Shown here: in pieces, positions 26,765-36,281 of the stretch
How positions within the stretch are numbered: the first letter of the stretch is position 1
Layout: each line of letters starts with the position of its first letter
From: a virus
Lineage: Duplodnaviria; Caudoviricetes
Strand: one strand, 5' to 3'
Length of the DNA stretch: 64,000 nt
IMG/VR virus record: IMGVR_UViG_3300046787_000352
Location: 2,050 to 66,049 of that record
Notes under the pieces: generated by a model
Told to the model about the DNA's origin: nothing
Databases searched by the model: none
The model's input: only the letters and a program-made list of their open reading frames with translations
Program-made: the position numbers and the translations under genes

Positions 26765-29203
26765 ATGGCCACCAATATCGACAAGGCGCTGTTCCAGCAG
26801 CCTCAAGGTCTCGAAGAACTCGCGCAGGACGAATCGCCGATTGAGATCGAGATCATCGACCCCGAGGAAGTAAAGATCGGCATGGACGGTCTTGAGATCG
26901 ACATCATCCCTGGCGAAGAAACTGACGAAGATTTCAACGAAAACATCGCCGAGCACGTAGACCCTAGTGCCTTGGAGATGCTGTCTGGCGACTTGCTCAG
27001 CGACATCGAGAACGACTTGGCCTCACGCAAGGACTGGGAGAAAGCCTACGTGGAGGGTATCAAGCTCTTGGGTTTGCAGTACGAGGAGCGCACCGAGCCT
27101 TGGAACGGTGCCTGCGGCGTCTTCCACCCGATGATTACAGAGGCTGTGGTCAGGTTCCAGTCAGAGACCATCACAGAGACCTTCCCAGCCCAAGGCCCCG
27201 TGCGCACCAAGATTCTTGGCAAAGAGACACCGACCAAGCAAGAAGCCGCGGTCCGAGTCGAGACCGACATGAACTACCAGTTGACTGAGACCATGGTCGA
27301 GTTCCGTCCTGAGCACGAGCGCATGCTGTGGTCATTGCCGGCCACGGGCTCTGCGTTCAAGAAGGTCTACTTCGACCCAAGCCTTGATCGCCAGACTTCG
27401 ATCTTCATCCCAGCCGAGGACATGATCTTGCCTTACGGCACGTCGGACATCCAGTCGTGCTACCGCGTCACGCACCGCATGCGCAAGACCGAGAACGACC
27501 TCGTGAAGTTGCAGCGCGCGGGCTTCTACTTGGACGTGGAGCTCCCAGACCCAAGCAAAGAGTCGAACGACATCCGCAAGGCCAAGGACAAAGAGACAGG
27601 TTTCAGCGACCTGAACGACGAGCGCTTCGAGATTTACGAGTGCCACGTGGACTTGGATTTGAAGGGCTACGAGGATAAAGACGCAGACGGCGAACCCACG
27701 GGCATCGCTCTGCCGTACGTCGTCACCATGTTGAAAACTGACGGAACCATCTTGGCCATCCGTCGTAACTGGAAGGAAGATGATGAGCTGCGCCTCAAGC
27801 GACAACACTTCGTGCACTACCAGTACATTCCTGGTTTCGGTGCCTATGGCTTCGGTCTGTTCCATCTCATCGGAGGCTACGCCAAGTCGGCCACCAGCAT
27901 CATGCGTCAGTTGGTGGACGCTGGAACGTTGTCTAACTTGCCCGGCGGTCTCAAGTCACGGGGACTTCGCATCAAGGGTGATGACACTCCAATTGCACCG
28001 GGCGAGTGGCGCGATGTAGACATCGGCTCTGGCGCCATGCGCGACAACATCTTGCCGCTGCCTTACAAGGAGCCATCTGGCGTCTTGGCCGCATTGATGG
28101 ACAAGATTGTGGAGGAAGGCCGTCGCTTCGCTTCCACAGCGGACACGAACATCTCCGACATGAGTGGCCAGGCCCCAGTGGGCACGACCCTTGCTTTGTT
28201 GGAGCGTCAGCTGAAAGTCATGACGGCCGTGCAGGCGCGCGTGCACTACGCCTTGAAGCAAGAACTTCAGTTGTTGGCTGAGATCATCCGCGACTACAGC
28301 GACGACGAGTACAACTACGAGCCAGAGAGCGGCAGCCCGCGCGCGAAGAAGTCTGACTACAACCACGTCGACATCATCCCCGTGAGCGACCCCAATGCTG
28401 CGACCATGTCACAGCGCGTTGTGCAGTACCAAGCCGTGATTCAGATGGCCCAGATGGCGCCTGACATTTACGACCTGCCCCAGTTGCATCGCAAGATGCT
28501 TGAGGTGCTGGGCATCAAGAACGCAGACAAGCTCGTGCCTTTGGAAGACGACCAAAAGCCCAAGGACCCAGTGTCCGAAAACATGGCTTTGCTCAAGAAC
28601 GAGCCGGTCAAGGCGTTCATGTACCAAGACCACGAGTCGCACATCAAGGTGCACATGTCGGCTATGCAAGACCCCAACATCATGCAGCTGGTTGGTCAAA
28701 GCCCCAAGGCTGCCCAGATTCAAGCGGCTGCCATGGCGCACATAGCTGAGCACGTTGGCTTTGCGTACCGTCAGAAGATCGAGCAGCAGATGGGCGTGGC
28801 GTTGCCACCCGAGGACGAGAAGCTCCCACCAGAAGTCGAGTTGGCTTTGTCGAGCATGATGGCCCAGGCCGCGCAGCAGGTGTTGCAGCAGAGCCAAGCA
28901 CAGCAGGCTCAGCAACAAGCACAGCAGCAACAGCAAGACCCAGTGGTGCAGATGCAGCAACAAGAGTTGCAGCTCAAGGACCGCGAAGTTGCCGTCAAAG
29001 AGCAAAAGCTCAAGATCGACGCAGCCGCGCAGGCAGACAAGTTGCAGTTGGAGGAGAAGAAGCTGGCTGTCATGGCCGCCGGCCAAGCCGACAAACTCCA
29101 AGCTGACCAAGAACGAGACGGTGTCCGCATGGGCATCGAGATCGCACGAAGCCGCCAGGAGAAGGCGAAGCCACAACAACCACAGGAGAAGCCAGCTAAA
29201 TGA
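26765..29203 (+). CDS. portal protein (P22-like, Q-rich C-terminal barrel)
   Basis: Follows terL; GSAFKKVYFD, YGFGL, LPYKEPS, APVGTTLALLE; long Gln-rich coiled coil. Confidence 0.9.
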   Translation: MATNIDKALFQQPQGLEELAQDESPIEIEIIDPEEVKIGMDGLEIDIIPGEETDEDFNENIAEHVDPSALEMLSGDLLSDIENDLASRKDWEKAYVEGIKLLGLQYEERTEPWNGACGVFHPMITEAVVRFQSETITETFPAQGPVRTKILGKETPTKQEAAVRVETDMNYQLTETMVEFRPEHERMLWSLPATGSAFKKVYFDPSLDRQTSIFIPAEDMILPYGTSDIQSCYRVTHRMRKTENDLVKLQRAGFYLDVELPDPSKESNDIRKAKDKETGFSDLNDERFEIYECHVDLDLKGYEDKDADGEPTGIALPYVVTMLKTDGTILAIRRNWKEDDELRLKRQHFVHYQYIPGFGAYGFGLFHLIGGYAKSATSIMRQLVDAGTLSNLPGGLKSRGLRIKGDDTPIAPGEWRDVDIGSGAMRDNILPLPYKEPSGVLAALMDKIVEEGRRFASTADTNISDMSGQAPVGTTLALLERQLKVMTAVQARVHYALKQELQLLAEIIRDYSDDEYNYEPESGSPRAKKSDYNHVDIIPVSDPNAATMSQRVVQYQAVIQMAQMAPDIYDLPQLHRKMLEVLGIKNADKLVPLEDDQKPKDPVSENMALLKNEPVKAFMYQDHESHIKVHMSAMQDPNIMQLVGQSPKAAQIQAAAMAHIAEHVGFAYRQKIEQQMGVALPPEDEKLPPEVELALSSMMAQAAQQVLQQSQAQQAQQQAQQQQQDPVVQMQQQELQLKDREVAVKEQKLKIDAAAQADKLQLEEKKLAVMAAGQADKLQADQERDGVRMGIEIARSRQEKAKPQQPQEKPAK

Positions 29204-29400
29204 TTTCCGAATTCGCACGCGTACTGCGCGAACAAGTACGCCAAGATATGAACAACTACTGTGACGACCTCGCCAGCGGGGTCTGCCAGTCGTTCGACCA
29301 GTATCAAAAACTCTGCGGTGTGATTCAGGGTCTTGCTATCGCAGAGCAATACATCATCGACCTTGCAAAGAAAGTGGAGAAAGCAAATGACGAATCCTAA
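29200..29400 (+). CDS. small conserved head-module protein
   Basis: YQKLCGVIQGL motif; lies between portal and GroES. Confidence 0.7.
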   Translation: MISEFARVLREQVRQDMNNYCDDLASGVCQSFDQYQKLCGVIQGLAIAEQYIIDLAKKVEKANDES

Positions 29401-29836
29401 CGAAGCGGGTCTCATCCTGCCGCCAGGTATCGCGCTACCAGCGCACATTCAACCGGTCGACGAGCCGGACGAGGGTGCTGACAACGAAACCAAAGCAGGT
29501 GCACTGCCAACGCCAACAGGTTGGAAGCTGCTCTGTGTGGTCCCAGAAGTGGACGAGAAGATTGCGGGCACGTCCCTCGATCTGGTTCGTGACGCTGCAA
29601 GCATGCGTAATGAAGAGCACGGCACCACCGTGCTGTTCGTGCTGCGTGTGGGTCCAGACGCGTACAAAGACACAACCAAGTTTCCGGGCGGTGCCTGGTG
29701 CAAGGAAGGTGACTTCGTGCTCGTGCGTACGTATTCCGGTACGCGTTTCAAAATTTTCGGAAAAGAATTCCGCCTGCTCAATGACGATCAGGTAGAAGCT
29801 GTTGTGCAAGACCCCCGCGGTATCACCCGCGCTTAA
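29387..29836 (+). CDS. groES: GroES-like co-chaperonin
   Basis: PTGWKLL...VLRVGPDAY...KEGDFVL...YSGTRFKIFGKEFRLLNDDQVEAVV. Confidence 0.85.
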   Translation: MTNPNEAGLILPPGIALPAHIQPVDEPDEGADNETKAGALPTPTGWKLLCVVPEVDEKIAGTSLDLVRDAASMRNEEHGTTVLFVLRVGPDAYKDTTKFPGGAWCKEGDFVLVRTYSGTRFKIFGKEFRLLNDDQVEAVVQDPRGITRA

Positions 29837-29845
29837 GGAGAAACT

Positions 29846-30814
29846 ATGAGCCTGAACGACGAGTTCGAGTTCCCGGACGAGATCGAAGAGAAGAAAGCCG
29901 CCACCGGCGGTGAAATCAAATCGACCGAATCCGACGACTTCGAGATTGAAATTGTTGACGACACCCCCGCGCAAGACCGTGGCCGCAAGCCGCTGGAGCG
30001 CGAGGTAGCCGACCCATCGGAAGATGAGATCGAGTCGTACTCTGATGGTGTGAAGAAACGCATCAAGGAGTTAACACATGCGCGCCACGACGAGCGTCGC
30101 GCTAAAGAGGCCATCCTCCGAGAGAAGGAAGAGCTGGAGCGGGTCACACAACAGCTGATTGACGACAACAAGCGTCTCAAGCAGAACCTGCACAACGGCA
30201 CCGAGCAGTTCATGACACAAGCCAAAACACTGGCCGAGTCAGAGCTGGAGGCAGCCAAGCGCAAGTACAAGGAAGCTCACGAGGCGTTTGATGCGGATGC
30301 TATGGTTGAGGCGCAAGCCGCGATGATGGCAGCTCAAATGAAAATGGCTGATGCAAATAAATTTAAGCCAACCCCTTTACAAGAGCGTGAAGTTGAGGTA
30401 CAAACTAGCCATCGCGAACCCCAACGCGTGCAACCGGACGAAAAAACCTTGCGCTGGCAAGCTAAAAACCAGTGGTTCGGTGCTGCGGGGTACGAAGAAG
30501 TTACCAGCTACGCGCTAGGGCTGCACCAAAAGCTAGTGAACTCAGGCATCACTCCCGCGAGTGAGGTCTATTTCGAGCAGATTGATGCTCGCATGAAGTC
30601 AAAGTTCCCTGAGATTCTCGGGGCCGACGAAGACAAGCCACGTACAAGTGAAGTCTCCAAGAAACCAGCGACGGTTGTTGCAGGTGCTACGCGCTCTACG
30701 GGCGCGAAAAAAATCCAGTTGACATCAACGCAGGTTGCCCTTGCGAAGAAGTTTGGACTTACCCCTCAACAATATGCCGCCGAATTGGCAAAAATGGAGA
30801 AATCAAATGGCTGA
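29846..30814 (+). CDS. capsid scaffolding protein
   Basis: Acidic N-terminus, long coiled coil, C-terminal LTSTQVALAKKFGLTPQQYA helix-turn-helix; upstream of the MCP. Confidence 0.75.
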   Translation: MSLNDEFEFPDEIEEKKAATGGEIKSTESDDFEIEIVDDTPAQDRGRKPLEREVADPSEDEIESYSDGVKKRIKELTHARHDERRAKEAILREKEELERVTQQLIDDNKRLKQNLHNGTEQFMTQAKTLAESELEAAKRKYKEAHEAFDADAMVEAQAAMMAAQMKMADANKFKPTPLQEREVEVQTSHREPQRVQPDEKTLRWQAKNQWFGAAGYEEVTSYALGLHQKLVNSGITPASEVYFEQIDARMKSKFPEILGADEDKPRTSEVSKKPATVVAGATRSTGAKKIQLTSTQVALAKKFGLTPQQYAAELAKMEKSNG

Positions 30815-31259
30815 AAACCGTACACCTCGTGAGCTCGCCTCACGCGAAAAAAATGTTCGTGCTGTATACGTACCGCCGACATCTCTGCCCGACCCAACAC
30901 CTGAACCTGGTTATGTGTATCGCTGGATTGCGACTCACGTGCTTGGCCAGGCTGACCCATCCAACGTGTCTCGCAAGATGCGCGAAGGTTGGCAACCGGT
31001 GAAGGCAGAGGACCATCCAGAACTGCAACTGTTCGGTAACGAAAAGTCAGGAAACGTGGAAATTGGCGGCCTCATGCTCTGCAAGATGCTGACCGAACAA
31101 GCCCGTGCCCGCGACGAGTACTACAACCAGCAAGCGCAGAACCAGATGGAATCAGTGGACAACCACTTCATGCGAAACAACGACCCCCGTATGCCTCTGT
31201 TCAGCGACCGCAAGTCGACGACCAGTCGCGGCGGTGGTTTTGGTTCAGGTTCAAAGTAA
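30807..31259 (+). CDS. conserved head-module protein
   Basis: PGYVYRWI...REGWQPV...IGGLMLCK. Confidence 0.75.
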   Translation: MAENRTPRELASREKNVRAVYVPPTSLPDPTPEPGYVYRWIATHVLGQADPSNVSRKMREGWQPVKAEDHPELQLFGNEKSGNVEIGGLMLCKMLTEQARARDEYYNQQAQNQMESVDNHFMRNNDPRMPLFSDRKSTTSRGGGFGSGSK

Positions 31260-31274
31260 CTTAGGAGTCCTTAA

Positions 31275-31895
31275 ATGGCATCTACCGCTTCTCCCTACGG
31301 CCTCCGTGCCGTAAACGAGTTGGGTGGTCTACCTTATGCTGGTAGCACTCGCTCGTTCTTGATTAACCCAGCCGGTTACTCAAACAACATTTTCAATGGC
31401 AGCATTGTTTTTGTTGGTGATGACGGCTATCTGCAACTCGTGACCGGCACTGGTGCTGACGCTACGACTAACTCGTTCCCCGGCAACGGTACCTTGACTG
31501 GTGCAGTTGGCGTGTTCGTGGGTTGTTCGTATGTGAACGCTCAAGGCCAAGTGATCTATTCACAGTACTACCCTGCCAGCACAACTGGTGTGGTTCAGGC
31601 ACTCGTGATTGATGACGACCGCACCGTGTTCCAAGTTCAAGCAGCTGGCGTTATCAGCCAAACTGAATTGGGCAACAACGTGTACTTGGCTAACGCCCAG
31701 TCCACAAGCACTGGTTCGACCACCAACGGCAACAGCAACGTGGCTGTGAACGCTACTGCTATCACTACTACCGCTGCTTTCCGCATCGTTGGTTTTGTGA
31801 ACAGCACAACTTCACAAGTTGGCGACGCGTACACCGACATCTTGGTGAAATTCAACCCCGGCTACCACAGCTATTCCAACGCCGTTGGTCTGTAA
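31275..31895 (+). CDS. putative capsid decoration/minor capsid protein
   Basis: Beta-rich, G/T/S-rich, immediately upstream of the MCP; RBS AGGAG. Confidence 0.65.
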   Translation: MASTASPYGLRAVNELGGLPYAGSTRSFLINPAGYSNNIFNGSIVFVGDDGYLQLVTGTGADATTNSFPGNGTLTGAVGVFVGCSYVNAQGQVIYSQYYPASTTGVVQALVIDDDRTVFQVQAAGVISQTELGNNVYLANAQSTSTGSTTNGNSNVAVNATAITTTAAFRIVGFVNSTTSQVGDAYTDILVKFNPGYHSYSNAVGL

Positions 31896-31906
31896 GGAGT
31901 AAATAA

Positions 31907-32836
31907 ATGGCTATTTCACGCGCACAACTGCTCAAAGAATTGCTGCCAGGCCTGAACGCTTTGTTCGGCATGGAATACGCACGCTACGGCGAAGAGCACA
32001 AAGAAATCTACGAAACAGAGAAATCTGAGCGTAGCTTCGAAGAAGAAACCAAGCTGGCTGGCTTTGGTGCTGCACCTGTTAAGAACGAAGGCTCTGCCAT
32101 CGCTTTTGACAACGCACAAGAAGCGTTCACAGCTCGCTACAACCACGAGACCATTGCGCTCGGCTTCTCCATCACGGAAGAAGCAGTTGAAGACAACTTG
32201 TACGACAGCCTGTCTGCTCGTTACACCAAGTCTTTGGCTCGCGCCATGGCCTACACCAAGCAAGTGAAAGCTGCATCCGTCATCAACAACGGTTTCAGCG
32301 GCAGCTACTTGGGTGGTGACGGTGTGTCATTGTTCGGCGTTAGCTCTGGTGGCTCACGTGTTGGTCACCCATTGGTGAACGGCTCTGTGAACTACAACAG
32401 CCCAACTACCGCTGTTGACTTGAACGAAACTTCGTTGGAAAACGCCGTGATTCAGATCGCTGCGTGGACTGATGAACGCGGTCTGTTGATCGCTGCTAAG
32501 CCAGTCAAGATGGTCATCCCACCAGCTTTGATGTTCGTTGCTAAGCGTTTGTTGGATACCGAACTCCGCGTCGGTACTGCTGACAACGACATCAACGCGT
32601 TGAAGCAAATGGGTGCTATCCCTGGTGGCTACACCGTCAACCACTTCTTGACCGACAGCAATGCCTGGTTCTTGACGACTGACGTGCCAAACGGCTTGAA
32701 GCACTTCGAGCGTTCAGCCCTGACCAACAGCATGGACGGTGACTTTGACACTGGCAACGTGCGTTACAAGGCTCGCGAGCGTTATAGCTTCGGCTGGTCT
32801 GACCCCCTCGGTATGTGGGGCTCTGCCGGCGCCTAA
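31907..32836 (+). CDS. major capsid protein
   Basis: MAISRAQLLKELLPGLNALFG...RYNHETIALGF...YKARERYSFGWSD; followed by a strong terminator. Confidence 0.9.
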   Translation: MAISRAQLLKELLPGLNALFGMEYARYGEEHKEIYETEKSERSFEEETKLAGFGAAPVKNEGSAIAFDNAQEAFTARYNHETIALGFSITEEAVEDNLYDSLSARYTKSLARAMAYTKQVKAASVINNGFSGSYLGGDGVSLFGVSSGGSRVGHPLVNGSVNYNSPTTAVDLNETSLENAVIQIAAWTDERGLLIAAKPVKMVIPPALMFVAKRLLDTELRVGTADNDINALKQMGAIPGGYTVNHFLTDSNAWFLTTDVPNGLKHFERSALTNSMDGDFDTGNVRYKARERYSFGWSDPLGMWGSAGA

Positions 32837-32848
32837 TCGGCGACACGA

Positions 32849-32879
32849 GAAAAGGGACTTCGGTCCCTTTTCTTTTTTG
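32849..32879 (+). terminator. rho-independent terminator after the MCP
   Basis: GAAAAGGGAC-TTCG-GTCCCTTTTC followed by TTTTTT. Confidence 0.85.
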
Positions 32880-32902
32880 TGAAACGGGTGTATATTCACC
32901 CC

Positions 32903-32972
32903 ATCCCGGGGTCTCCGGTGTATCTGACAGTCCCGGCTGACGACATGCAGACAGATACGCCCCACTTGCATG
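32903..32972 (+). ncRNA. candidate structured cis-regulatory RNA (pseudoknotted)
   Basis: GGTGTATCTG/CAGATACGCC stem; inner CAG-TCCCGG-CTG hairpin whose loop complements upstream CCGGG; CATGCA/TGCATG pairing next to the RBS. Confidence 0.4.
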
Positions 32973-32984
32973 TAAGGAAACATC

Positions 32985-33386
32985 ATGGCAAACACCACAT
33001 TCAACGGCCCAGTACGGTCGCAAAACGGCTTCCAATCAATCTCTGTGAACAGCACAACCGGTGCCGTTACAGTCAACTCCGCGTTTGATACCGGTGTTGT
33101 TTTGGGTACTCAATCTTTGTCTGGCGCAGGTGCTGTTGACATCACCAACGCTTTCACCGCTTTGACAACCACTGGCTCAGCCCAAGCGTTGACTTTGGCC
33201 AACGGCTCTGCCGGCGAAGTCAAGATCATCACTCACGTGGTTGACGGTGGCTCTGCTGTGTTGACCCCCACCACAAAAATCGGTTTCTCGACCATCACCT
33301 TCACCGGTGTTGGCGAGTCTGCCATGTTGGTTTACACCGCTGCCGGTTGGGCAATCGTTGCTTTGAACGGCGCTGTTGCAGCCTAA
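32985..33386 (+). CDS. virion structural protein
   Basis: MANTTFNGPVRSQNGF N-terminus, T/G/A-rich; follows the MCP. Confidence 0.7.
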   Translation: MANTTFNGPVRSQNGFQSISVNSTTGAVTVNSAFDTGVVLGTQSLSGAGAVDITNAFTALTTTGSAQALTLANGSAGEVKIITHVVDGGSAVLTPTTKIGFSTITFTGVGESAMLVYTAAGWAIVALNGAVAA

Positions 33387-33429
33387 TCAATCTCAGGGGC
33401 TTCGGCCCCCGTTCTAAAGGAGAATTGAT

Positions 33430-33720
33430 ATGACTATGCAAGGCGACGTAAAAGCCACGCACTTGAGTGCTTCAGGAACTATTTCCAATCAGCGCACACG
33501 TGTCAAAGGCTTTTCTATTTGCGCAACAGCGAGCCAGACAGGCACATTGTTGTTGAAAGATGGCGGCTCGAGTGGTACGACACGGATTGAGATTGACCTT
33601 CCATCAAACTCAAACCCTAACTCGTTCTACGTGGCCATCCCGCAAGAAGGCGTTTTGTTCACAACCGACGTGTATGCCACGTTGACGAACATCGCCAGTG
33701 TGACTGTCTTCTACGGGTAA
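33430..33720 (+). CDS. small virion-associated protein
   Basis: RVKG...IPQEGVLF...VTVFYG; RBS AAGGAG. Confidence 0.7.
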   Translation: MTMQGDVKATHLSASGTISNQRTRVKGFSICATASQTGTLLLKDGGSSGTTRIEIDLPSNSNPNSFYVAIPQEGVLFTTDVYATLTNIASVTVFYG

Positions 33721-33725
33721 CCACC

Positions 33726-33932
33726 ATGAAAGACCCGTTCGCAAACATGGATGAGTCGATGAAGCACGTCCTTGATGGGGTGTCAGTCATCGCAACTGTT
33801 GGAACACTGATCGAAATGCTTCCCTCAATCGCCGCACTTTTAACGATTGTCTGGACGGGCATCCGTATCTACGAGACCAGCACGGTTCAGCGTTTGCTGG
33901 GTCGCAAAGGGGGCGAAGATGGCGAGAGCTGA
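33726..33932 (+). CDS. small membrane protein (holin-like)
   Basis: Hydrophobic LPSIAALLTIVWTGIRIYE; basic C-terminus. Confidence 0.55.
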   Translation: MKDPFANMDESMKHVLDGVSVIATVGTLIEMLPSIAALLTIVWTGIRIYETSTVQRLLGRKGGEDGES

Positions 33933-34002
33933 TCTTCAAAAGGTAAACGTACGCAAGACCCAACACGGGTCAACTCAACTTTTCAAAGAAGGAGGCCACA
34001 TC

Positions 34003-34173
34003 ATGGCTACAAAAAACAACGGCATCACTACTGCCAAAATGGGTAAAGTCAAAACTGCTGCTCCAAGCAAAGATGGTGTTGCCTCCAAGGGTAAAACCAA
34101 AGGCAAGATGATTGCAATGAAGTCGAGCAAGCCTCTGGGCATGTGCGGCGGCGGCATGGCCAAGAAGAAGTAA
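34003..34173 (+). CDS. small Lys-rich protein
   Basis: SD AAGGAGG before ATG 34003 (alternative start 33919); GVASKGKTKGKM. Confidence 0.6.
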   Translation: MATKNNGITTAKMGKVKTAAPSKDGVASKGKTKGKMIAMKSSKPLGMCGGGMAKKK

Positions 34174-34188
34174 TTCAAGGAGGCCATC

Positions 34189-34581
34189 ATGGCAACATCC
34201 GCATTTGGCAAAGCATTTGCCGAGGCCCGCAAAGCGGGCGACAAAGAGTTCAGCTTCAATGGCAAGATGTACACCACCGCAATGAAGGGCGAGAAATCAG
34301 CCCCAGGCGGCCGTGAACCCGTGCACGTCGATGCGGAGGCAGGTATGTCTCGCGGTCGTAAAGACTACGTGACAAGCGGCAAGCAGTCGTTTGACACCGA
34401 GACAGAGAACATCCCGCCAGACATGAGCGCATACAAGCCACGTCGCGCGCCTAAGCCTTTGACGGAAGTCACAAAGCCAGGCACACGCACCAACTACGAA
34501 AACGAAGACGGCATGAAAAAAGGCGGCTCCGTTAAGGGTTGGGGTAAAGCACGCGGCGCGCGCAAAGCGAAGATTTACTGA
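34189..34581 (+). CDS. basic protein (SAFGKAFAEARKAG...F.FNGK.YTT motif)
   Basis: SD AAGGAGG; MKKGGSV near the C-terminus. Confidence 0.65.
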   Translation: MATSAFGKAFAEARKAGDKEFSFNGKMYTTAMKGEKSAPGGREPVHVDAEAGMSRGRKDYVTSGKQSFDTETENIPPDMSAYKPRRAPKPLTEVTKPGTRTNYENEDGMKKGGSVKGWGKARGARKAKIY

Positions 34582-34582
34582 C

Positions 34583-34861
34583 ATGATGGCCAGCCGTGGG
34601 ATGGGGGCCGTGGCCCCCAGCAAAATGCCAAAAGCCAAGACGGTCACCCGCAAGGATGACCCGAACAAGGTTGAGGTGTTTGCCGAGGGCGGCAAAGTAA
34701 ATGCTGCCGGCAACTACACGAAGCCCAGCCTTCGCAAGAAGATTGTGTCGCAGGTGAAAGCCGCAGCCACCCACGGCACCAAAGCAGGTCAGTGGTCTGC
34801 ACGTAAAGCGCAACTCGTTGCGAAAAAGTACAAGGCTGCTGGCGGAGGTTACAAGGATTGA
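34583..34861 (+). CDS. small basic protein
   Basis: NYTKPSLRK...GQWSARKAQL...YKAAGGGY. Confidence 0.7.
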   Translation: MMASRGMGAVAPSKMPKAKTVTRKDDPNKVEVFAEGGKVNAAGNYTKPSLRKKIVSQVKAAATHGTKAGQWSARKAQLVAKKYKAAGGGYKD

Positions 34862-35091
34862 AAGCCCCTCAGAAATCGCTCAAGGATTGGACCGCGCAGA
34901 AGTGGACCACCAAATCCGGCAAGCCGTCTTCCAAGACGGGCGAGCGCTATTTGCCTGAGAAAGCAATCAAGGCTTTGTCGCCTGCCGAGTATGCAGCAAC
35001 CACTGCGGCCAAGCGTAAGGGCAAGGCAGCCGGCAAACAGTTTGTAAAGCAGCCGCCCAAGGTGGCAGCAAAGACCAAGGGGTTCAGATAA
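34858..35091 (+). CDS. small basic protein (DUF5872-like)
   Basis: QKSLKDWTAQKW.TKSGK...GERYLP. Confidence 0.65.
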   Translation: MKAPQKSLKDWTAQKWTTKSGKPSSKTGERYLPEKAIKALSPAEYAATTAAKRKGKAAGKQFVKQPPKVAAKTKGFR

Positions 35092-35348
35092 TGGCTACCA
35101 AGAAGACTCCTTCACTGGCCGTCGGCCGTGGCGAGAAACTCCCAGCATCCAAAGGCGCGGGTCTTACAGCCAAAGGCCGCGCTAAGTACAATGCTGCCAC
35201 AGGCAGTAATTTGAAGGCGCCGCAGCCGCAGGGTGGCGCGCGCAAGAAGTCGTTCTGCGCACGTATGTCCGGTATGCCCGGCCCAATGAAAGACGAGAAG
35301 GGTAAGCCAACTCGTAAAGCAGCGTCTCTGGCGCGATGGAAATGCTAA
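35091..35348 (+). CDS. small basic protein (DUF6321-like)
   Basis: GLTAKGRAKYN...RKKSFCARM...RWKC. Confidence 0.65.
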   Translation: MATKKTPSLAVGRGEKLPASKGAGLTAKGRAKYNAATGSNLKAPQPQGGARKKSFCARMSGMPGPMKDEKGKPTRKAASLARWKC

Positions 35349-36281
35349 ATGGCTAACACCTCCGGAACCACTGGTTTTAACCTTGACTTGACCGAACTGG
35401 TCGAGGAGGCGTTCGAGCGCGTGGGCTCGGAGATGCGCACGGGTTATGACCTCAAGACCGCTCGTCGGTCTTTGAATCTTTTGTTCGCTGATTGGGCGAA
35501 CCGTGGCGTGAACATGTGGACGTTTGAGCAAGGCACGATCAACCTCGTGCAAGGCCAGAACACCTATGCTCTGCCAAATGACACCGTGGACCTGCTCGAA
35601 CATGTGATTCGCACGCAGGCCAACCAGCAGTCGAACCAAGCTGACTTGACGATCACGCGTATCAGCGTGTCGACGTACGCGACTCTCCCCAACAAGCTGC
35701 AACAAGCCCGCCCAATTCAGGTGTGGGTGCAGCGCATGGACGGACAGACCTCGAACACCGGAGCCACGCTTGCAAGCACGATCACCTCGACAGATAACAC
35801 CATCACTCTTGACACCGTTGTTGGATTACCGTCAACCGGTTTCATCAAGATTGACAATGAGTTTATCCAGTACGGGTACATTGACGGCAACACGCTGTAT
35901 AACTGTTTCCGCGGCCAAAACAACTCAACGGCAGCAGCCCATACTGCTGCGGCCATCGTCTACTGGGCCAAGCTCCCAGCCGTGACTGTGTGGCCAACAC
36001 CTGATGGCTCTCAGAGCTACCAGTTTGTGTACTGGCGCATGCGCCGCGTGCAAGACGCCGGCGGCGGTGTGAACGTCATGGACGTGCCCTTCCGCTTTGT
36101 GCCTTGCATGACAGCTGGCCTGGCCTACTACTTGGCGCTCAAGGTGCCGAGTGGTTTCAACCGTTTGGACGTGCTCAAGATGCAGTACGACGAGGCTTGG
36201 GCCACAGCTGCGCAGGAAGACCAAGAGAAGGCTGCCGTGCGCTTTGTGCCGCGTCAGCAGTTCATTGGGGGTGGGTTCTAA
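35349..36281 (+). CDS. head-tail connector/adaptor-like protein
   Basis: EEAFER.G...ARRSLNLLFADWANRG...PFRFVPC..AGLAYYLA. Confidence 0.7.
   Translation: MANTSGTTGFNLDLTELVEEAFERVGSEMRTGYDLKTARRSLNLLFADWANRGVNMWTFEQGTINLVQGQNTYALPNDTVDLLEHVIRTQANQQSNQADLTITRISVSTYATLPNKLQQARPIQVWVQRMDGQTSNTGATLASTITSTDNTITLDTVVGLPSTGFIKIDNEFIQYGYIDGNTLYNCFRGQNNSTAAAHTAAAIVYWAKLPAVTVWPTPDGSQSYQFVYWRMRRVQDAGGGVNVMDVPFRFVPCMTAGLAYYLALKVPSGFNRLDVLKMQYDEAWATAAQEDQEKAAVRFVPRQQFIGGGF

Noticed and set aside
32937-32943. CTGACGA as a hammerhead ribozyme core (CUGANGA)
   Set aside because: No stem II followed by GAAA in the required position
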